Shown here: piece after piece, positions 8,485-12,920 of the stretch
How the letters are laid out: each line of letters begins with the position of its first letter
Numbering within the stretch: the stretch's first letter is position 1
Translations under genes and position numbers: made by a program
DNA from: an uncultured Oligoflexus sp.
GTDB taxonomy: Bacteria > Bdellovibrionota_B > Oligoflexia > Oligoflexales > Oligoflexaceae
Assembly: GCA_964236955.1 (NCBI GenBank)
Contig: CAXSGP010000118.1
Location: forward strand, 1 to 12,920
DNA: 12,920 nt
Direction of reading: 5' to 3'
The notes under the pieces: model-generated
What the model was told of the DNA's origin: nothing
Database searches by the model: none
Seen by the model: the letters and a program-made list of their open reading frames with translations, nothing else

Positions 8485-9684
8485 TTACGATTCATTCAGT
8501 GCAACAAAGATGCAATCTGCAACTTTTTTCAACTGCTCTTTACTCACGATAGAATGAGGCCCGAAAATCGTGAGGTGAGTCTTGTCTTCCAGAGTAATCG
8601 CTGAAACCCCTAGGGGGAAAAATTCTGAAGTGGGCGCGACTGCAAACATGGTTTCGCAGTGAAAGCCAGGCCCGCTAAAAGCAGTCTTTTTAGGCAAGTT
8701 GATATGACTAATATAAGCTGAAAAAATGTATCGTTGTTTGCGCGCCTGGGTGTATTCGAAGCTGTTTATAAGAATTTTTGTTACCCAGAGCGGTAGCCAG
8801 AGCACAATCCTTTCGGAAGGTTCGCGCCTGAGGGCCTGCTTTCGCGCGAGTGCGATCAGAATCGAACTTTGTATGGAATTCCAATCCTGGCCCGCTTTGC
8901 CTTCGAAGTAAATGGAGGAAGTGAGGTTGCCCATCGATTGAATGCCGGGTTTGTAGACCCGGATATCGACGGGCGTCATGAAACTTATCGCAGGATCAGG
9001 CTGCGTCTGCGCGAGCTGGGTAAGGGCAGCTGCTATCTTTGCTGCGATCGATGGAACCTTCCCTTCAACAACCAAGCGATGGCCCACTACACCTCTTCGT
9101 TTAGAGGGTGTGATAGCAACGGGTGACCGATATTTGAGAGGCCTCGCTTTGCGGAATTGATTGGGCGCGAGTTCCTCAATCAATTCACTATCCGAGATCA
9201 TGCTGGGTGCGCCTTGGCAGGGCTCACCACGGAGCGCTCGAAAGACTTCCTCGGCAAAATGAATAAGTCCCCTTCCGTCCATCACACCATGGAAGCAGCG
9301 AAACACCAGCCGACTTTGCGCGGCCTGGGTGAAAAGGATCTGACAGGTGGGTCCCTTCTTAACATCGAAAGGATCTTGGAGTGCCGCCGGCAGTTCGCCA
9401 TCTGCATCCCAGGGAGGCAGTGCGGCCACGCTTGGTAAAGCGCCAAGCGACTCCCACCGGAGCCATTTTAAAAAGCCGCGAAGCACAAGGCGTGAGCCGG
9501 GGTTGGCCTCGCTTGCCACGGCAACAGCAGCTCTTAGCTCGTCAATTGTAAGCGATCCTGAGCCTTCAAAGACATATTGAATGGAAAGCGCCTGAAGTCG
9601 AATTGTAGGGCCGTTGAAAAATGATCTCTCGCTAAAGGAGACGAAACGGGAGTAATGAGGTGTCGCAGGCCTTTGCATGCTCAA
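8485..9684 (-). CDS. HxxxDG acyltransferase of the condensation-domain/CAT-like superfamily
   Basis: 'LVFRCFHGVMDGRG', 'FMTPVDIR', 'MGNLTS'. AAGGGG RBS before TTG 9684, which overlaps the upstream stop; ATG 9678 is an alternative start. Confidence 0.8.
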   Translation of the reverse strand: MSMQRPATPHYSRFVSFSERSFFNGPTIRLQALSIQYVFEGSGSLTIDELRAAVAVASEANPGSRLVLRGFLKWLRWESLGALPSVAALPPWDADGELPAALQDPFDVKKGPTCQILFTQAAQSRLVFRCFHGVMDGRGLIHFAEEVFRALRGEPCQGAPSMISDSELIEELAPNQFRKARPLKYRSPVAITPSKRRGVVGHRLVVEGKVPSIAAKIAAALTQLAQTQPDPAISFMTPVDIRVYKPGIQSMGNLTSSIYFEGKAGQDWNSIQSSILIALARKQALRREPSERIVLWLPLWVTKILINSFEYTQARKQRYIFSAYISHINLPKKTAFSGPGFHCETMFAVAPTSEFFPLGVSAITLEDKTHLTIFGPHSIVSKEQLKKVADCIFVALNES

Positions 9685-9974
9685 GGTGTTCCCCTTAGGC
9701 TGAAGTTAAAATTCTCAGACTCGATTTTGCGGAAGGTGTAAGCTTGGCGAATCTTATCGATAGCAAGGAGACGATCGGGGCTTTCGCTTCCAAAGCCACG
9801 GAAAAAAAGAGTTCTGCGGAGTCGTAGCTCCTTTTCGATCCCTTCTTTTTGATCCGCGATCCAATCCATAGGCGCGACGGAGGGAGATGCGGGTCGAATC
9901 ACGATAGGTTCGTTTGATTCTTCGCGAGCACTCACCGCTAAAACCTCAGGCCCCAGAGCTTTTGTCACATTCAT
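9681..9974 (-). pseudogene. Truncated TauD/TfdA (SyrP-like) dioxygenase remnant, 97 aa
   Basis: AAGGAGG RBS before TTG 9977/ATG 9974. 'PIVIRP...DWIADQKEGIEKEL...LFFRGFG' resembles the SyrP-type N-terminus, but the ORF has no His, so no HxD...H triad. Confidence 0.6.
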
Positions 9975-10253
9975 CAAAGTTGCCCTCCTTGTTTGAGCAG
10001 CGATAGCGTTGGGATTTAGTCGTAAGAGCATATCACAACCAGACGCGTTTATGCGAGTTTTCAGGCTTGGTGGCTTGGAACGTTTCTTTACTGCCTTTCT
10101 AATAACGTAAGCTATTATATTGTCGGCAAGTACTCCAGCCATAGCCCGTCCCGGCGAGGAAAGAGATGGTTTTGGCTGGTGGTGAAAGCCGATCGCCGTC
10201 ATCCGAGCAAAGCGAGGTGAGTGGCCCTTTATTCAAGTTCCGCTTGATTTTCA

Positions 10254-10500
10254 ATCATCACCCTATCTTCATAGGGGCCCGGCATCCTTTCAGTGAGGCA
10301 TTACTCTCACCTAATTCCTGCAGTTTAAGCCGTCTCGCGACAGCACGGGTAGTGTCTGAACCTTCCCCATCCTTTGGGCTTGGCTGCTGATTGTTAGGTC
10401 AATAACTTCCCAGCAATTCACCCGATTTCATCATCTCAAATTACTCTGAGAGTGGACTTGTTATTTTTTCTGAATCTCTTGCGGGATCTTCAGACACTTT
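10254..10500 (-). ncRNA. Group I intron, 5' portion (P1-P8; P7 degenerate, truncated in J8/7)
   Basis: IGS GUCCA (10457-10453) pairs exon UGGAU with a U.G wobble. P2 UCUCAGA-GUAA-UUUGAGA; P3 UCGGGUG; P element AAUUGCUGGGAA; Q element AAUCAGCAGCC; P6 GCC-AAG-CCC...GGG-GAA-GGU; R element UCAGACACUA; P8 then GGGUGAUGAU. Confidence 0.85.
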
Positions 10501-10532
10501 ATCCATCGAGTCTACTATTCCACCAGCGAGTC
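10501..10532 (-). tRNA. tRNA-Leu 5' exon (nt 1-32), degenerate
   Basis: GACTCGC TG GTGGAATAGTAGACTC G ATGGA T. ATGGA pairs with TCCAT and GACTCGC pairs 6/7 with GCGAGGT of the 3' half at 11084-11132. Deviations: A2.G71 mismatch, G18>A, U11.U24. Confidence 0.75.
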
Positions 10533-10681
10533 ATTCTTATGTTTTCATTGATGGCCGTGGCTACCAATTTACAATGATATGTACCGTCCTTTTCTTCGAT
10601 CTCACCGCTGGCTCTGCATCGGCAAATTTGAAGTGATGCCTTCAGTAGCAACAATTTGATAGGATGGCTTTTAAAAATTTC

Positions 10682-10710
10682 ATTATAATTTCGGTATTTT
10701 GAAATCACAA
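10682..10710 (-). promoter_or_regulatory. Candidate sigma70 promoter upstream of the tRNA 5' exon
   Basis: TTGTGA (10710-10705), 17 nt, TATAAT (10687-10682). Confidence 0.55.
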
Positions 10711-10728
10711 TCCTTAGGGGTATCGGAT

Positions 10729-10741
10729 TAAGTCATTGATA
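10729..10741 (-). promoter_or_regulatory. IHF consensus site
   Basis: TATCAATGACTTA is an exact match to WATCAANNNNTTR. Confidence 0.5.
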
Positions 10742-10780
10742 TTATTATTTTATCTGTCTTGGCGCGGTTTTAATTCGATT

Positions 10781-10929
10781 TGTTTTGTAAGTGTTTTGTA
10801 GATGATTATCGCGTTTGTATGTGTTTTGTTGAGAAAATGGTTCGTGGACAGTGTTTTGTTGAATCCGTAAGTCTTTTGCTGAACCATAAAGATGACAAGC
10901 TCAGTAAGTGTTTGGTCGAATCCGTAGGT
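10781..10929 (+). repeat. Array of degenerate direct repeats GTGTTTTGTTGA
   Basis: Copies at 10791, 10821, 10851, 10871 and 10908, with a partial copy at 10781. The 22-mers at 10851-10872 and 10908-10929 differ at 3 positions. Confidence 0.75.
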
Positions 10930-11049
10930 ATTTCAAATCGTAAGAATGGAAGAAGCATATGCAGTGGCAATGGGGATTTGAGGCGGCCGATGCTTGCAGT
11001 TCATAGCTGTGTTCGGTGTCGAGCAACCATTTCACAGATTTCAGACACC

Positions 11050-11075
11050 AAAAAAGAACCTAAGTTCCTTTTTTT
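11050..11075 (-). terminator. Intrinsic terminator downstream of the tRNA 3' exon
   Basis: Minus strand AAAAAAAGGAAC-TTAG-GTTCTTTTTT, 8 nt after the discriminator base. Confidence 0.7.
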
Positions 11076-11083
11076 ATCGAAAG

Positions 11084-11132
11084 TACCTCGCGCCAGACTC
11101 GAACTGGCACACCTTGCGGCAATGGATTTTGA
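11084..11132 (-). tRNA. tRNA-Leu(CAA) 3' exon (U33 to discriminator A73; no encoded CCA)
   Basis: TCAAAA TCCAT T GCC-GCAA-GGT GT GCCAG-TTCGAGT-CTGGC GCGAGGT A: CAA anticodon, class II variable arm, perfect T arm, A73. Confidence 0.9.
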
Positions 11133-11261
11133 CGCTTTGCGGACTCTATCATCACCCTGCTACCGTTTCTGATATAAGGGGCCGGGCGCTTTTTCTGTGA
11201 GGCATCACTCCCGGATAGATCCTGTAGTTCAAGGCATCTCGAGACAGCACAGATAGTCTCT
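11133..11261 (-). ncRNA. Group I intron, 3' portion (P7, P7 extension, P3', P8, P7', terminal G)
   Basis: AGAGACUA (11261-11254); extension closed by UCUGUG/CACAGA; P3' CGCCCGG; P8 CCCU...AGGG; S element GAUGAUAGAGUCC; GCAAAGCG ends in G directly at the 3' exon. Confidence 0.8.
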
Positions 11262-11292
11262 AGAGGACTAGTTTCAAACTAAGTTGTACTAT

Positions 11293-11433
11293 AGTATAAT
11301 TTAAATATGTTTTATTCAAATAAATTATACTTTAGTTACTTTTAAATTATTCATCTTTTGATGGAGTGTAAATTAAAGTGTAATATAATTTATTTTAAGA
11401 AATGCCATTTAATTTATACTTTAATATAAATTA
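11293..11433. promoter_or_regulatory. AT-rich hipBA promoter region with a probable HipB operator array
   Basis: Perfect IR AGTATAATTTA (11293-11303) / TAAATTATACT (11321-11331); near-perfect IR 11365-11377 / 11408-11420; further half-sites at 11382 and 11423. Confidence 0.55.
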
Positions 11434-11443
11434 TGGAACAATT

Positions 11444-11773
11444 ATGCAAGTTTCCCTGAATTTTCTAACAGACCAAGAAATATACCAAAATATCACCCAA
11501 GGACTTTTGCGAAAGAGGCTGGCTCTCAACATGCTACAGAAGCATCTGGCAGCCAAAGCAGGGATATCGGTACCTACGCTCGTTAAGTTCGAAGCGGGGG
11601 AGGAAGTAAAAGTACTTACTCTTTTTAAAGTGATGCGGGCGCTGGGTGAAAGCTCCCGACTGAATGCTCTCATCCTAGAAGATCTGGAGTCGCCAAAGGA
11701 TCTTTTCGAAAGTGATCAGAGCGGAAGCGAGCGAGGCATAAGGAAACGCCGCCAGAGAGCAACAAGGAAATGA
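11444..11773 (+). CDS. hipB: HipB-like XRE HTH antitoxin
   Basis: 'RKRLALNMLQKHLAAKAGISVPTLVKFEAG' Cro/C1-type HTH; ATG 11444 follows GGA; the stop overlaps the hipA start. Confidence 0.85.
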   Translation: MQVSLNFLTDQEIYQNITQGLLRKRLALNMLQKHLAAKAGISVPTLVKFEAGEEVKVLTLFKVMRALGESSRLNALILEDLESPKDLFESDQSGSERGIRKRRQRATRK

Positions 11774-12920
11774 ACACTACAACTCTTGAAATTCAGATTT
11801 GGGGCATAGTGGTAGGGCACATCGCAAAAACCAAATCGGTAATCGCATTCGAATACGATGAAGCTTTCAAGGCCCTTGGCCTCGAAATATCGCCCTTTGA
11901 GATTCCCCTTGCAACCACCCATATCTATCACTCACTGCAAAGGAGCCAAACCTACTCCGGACTACCAGGCGTCATCGCCGATTGCCTGCCGGACACATAT
12001 GGGCGATCGGCAATAAATACATTCTACAAAAAGACCTACGGACTCGAATCATTCCAGGTTGGGCCGCTTGACATCCTCTCCTACATCGGCGATCGCGCCA
12101 TCGGCGCATTGGAATTCCGACCTCAAAAAAGTGTGAACACAACGGATGGCGAATTTCTGGAAATCCAAAATCTCCTGGATTCTGCCCGTCTCATTTTGGA
12201 AGGAAAGGCAGAAGAAGTCACGGAACGCATCCTCAAAATTTCGTCGTCTGCGGGGGGGCGGCAAGCCAAAGCCCTTATTGACTACAATTATAAAACAAAG
12301 GAGATTCGTGCAGGATTCGATCCTCCAAAGCAAGGTTTCCACCCCAGCATTATAAAGCTCGATGGGCTGATGGAAGGCGATGACGCCAACTATTACGGCC
12401 GATTAGAATATTTATATTCAAAGCTCGCTAAAGAGCTGGGCATCAAAATGCCAAACACCTACTTATTGGAAACGGAAAACAATAGAGGCCCGCTGGCTCA
12501 CTTCATCGTCGATCGATTCGATCGAGACTCGGAAAAAAGAAAGACGCATCATTTTGCCAGTTTATGTGGTCTGACACTCAGTGACTATCGCGAGAAACAT
12601 TCCTCCAGCTACGAAGACTATCTGCGAGTCGTCATGCGGTTGACAAGTGCCCAGTCCGAAGTGAATGAAGCGTTTCAGCGAGCCATTTTCAACCTTGTGT
12701 TTCGAGTCCAGGATGACCACAGCAAAAACTTCGGCTTTTTGATGGACAATAAAGGTCAATGGACGCTGTCCCCTGCCTACGATCTTACTTATGTCTTCGG
12801 GGGTACTGCGCTCACCCATCAAATGACTTTCAACGGGAAGGACGATCTTTTCCAACGCAGTGATGTTATCGAGGTTGGAAAAAGATTTGGCATCAAAAAG
12901 GCCCAAGCGATACATGTATT
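11770..12920 (+). CDS. hipA: HipA-family Ser/Thr kinase toxin (3'-partial; absent from the ORF track)
   Basis: Hand translation: MNTTTLEIQIWG...FEYD...GLPGVIADCLPDTYG...IGALEFRP...SSAGGRQAKA...IIKLDG...RFDR...DDHSKNFGF...LSPAYDL; open to the window end; ATGA overlap with hipB. Confidence 0.93.
   Translation, partial: MNTTTLEIQIWGIVVGHIAKTKSVIAFEYDEAFKALGLEISPFEIPLATTHIYHSLQRSQTYSGLPGVIADCLPDTYGRSAINTFYKKTYGLESFQVGPLDILSYIGDRAIGALEFRPQKSVNTTDGEFLEIQNLLDSARLILEGKAEEVTERILKISSSAGGRQAKALIDYNYKTKEIRAGFDPPKQGFHPSIIKLDGLMEGDDANYYGRLEYLYSKLAKELGIKMPNTYLLETENNRGPLAHFIVDRFDRDSEKRKTHHFASLCGLTLSDYREKHSSSYEDYLRVVMRLTSAQSEVNEAFQRAIFNLVFRVQDDHSKNFGFLMDNKGQWTLSPAYDLTYVFGGTALTHQMTFNGKDDLFQRSDVIEVGKRFGIKKAQAIHV

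Noticed and set aside
148..9580. Remaining short ORFs nested in or antisense to the main genes (e.g. 1369-1788, 3156-3749, 4288-4635, 7366-7731)
   Set aside because: They overlap genes with clear family motifs and have no recognisable motifs of their own.
9975..10202. N-terminal extension of the 173-aa ORF 9681-10202
   Set aside because: A strong AAGGAGG precedes 9977/9974, and TauD-like similarity begins only after that start.
10166..10708. ORFs 10499-10708 (-) and 10166-10390 (+)
   Set aside because: They overlap the promoter, the tRNA 5' exon and the intron core, and have no protein motifs.
10781..10929. CRISPR array
   Set aside because: Units are about 12 nt, degenerate and irregularly spaced (10-37 nt); no cas genes in the window.
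5795..11050. Tn7-like transposon with defined ends
   Set aside because: I could not identify matching TGT...ACA termini with a 5-bp target duplication, and there are no tns genes.
11084..11170. Intact contiguous tRNA-Leu gene
   Set aside because: No D arm or 5' acceptor strand adjoins the anticodon loop; group I intron P7'/P8 sequence is there instead.
10780..11200. Plus-strand ORFs 10780-11172 and 10994-11200
   Set aside because: The recurring CFV pattern is the translated DNA repeat, and the C-termini are antisense to the tRNA exon and intron.
10254..11261. Intron-encoded homing endonuclease or integrase
   Set aside because: No LAGLIDADG, GIY-YIG, HNH or recombinase motifs are visible in or near the intron pieces.
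11431..12915. Minus-strand and alternate-frame ORFs over hipBA (11431-11673, 11716-11931, 12049-12342, 12146-12355, 12562-12915)
   Set aside because: Shadow frames of the well-supported hipB and hipA genes.

Overview
Bacterial window with three parts. (1) 1-5700 is housekeeping-like: a partial TolC-family protein, ilvE, a secreted calcineurin-like phosphoesterase, a frameshifted zinc-ribbon remnant, a DUF4142 protein and a membrane-anchored hypothetical protein. (2) 6047-9974 (minus strand) is an acyl-tailoring cluster: a truncated TauD/SyrP-like ORF, an HxxxDG acyltransferase, an ACP, an SDR ketoreductase and an AMP-dependent ligase. (3) 10250-12920 is a tRNA hotspot followed by a hipBA toxin-antitoxin pair. 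The main finding is absent from the ORF track: a tRNA-Leu(CAA) gene interrupted by a group I intron at position 32/33, present as two pieces in permuted order on the minus strand. The 3' intron part (P7 to terminal G), the 3' exon and a terminator lie upstream (11261-11050). The 5' exon and intron P1-P8 lie about 550 nt downstream (10532-10254). Each piece has a candidate sigma70 promoter, and phased direct repeats and an IHF site lie between them. The layout resembles a natural permuted intron-exon or trans-splicing arrangement, but both pieces show decay, so they may be remnants of elements integrating inside the intron. All calls were made by eye, without database searches.
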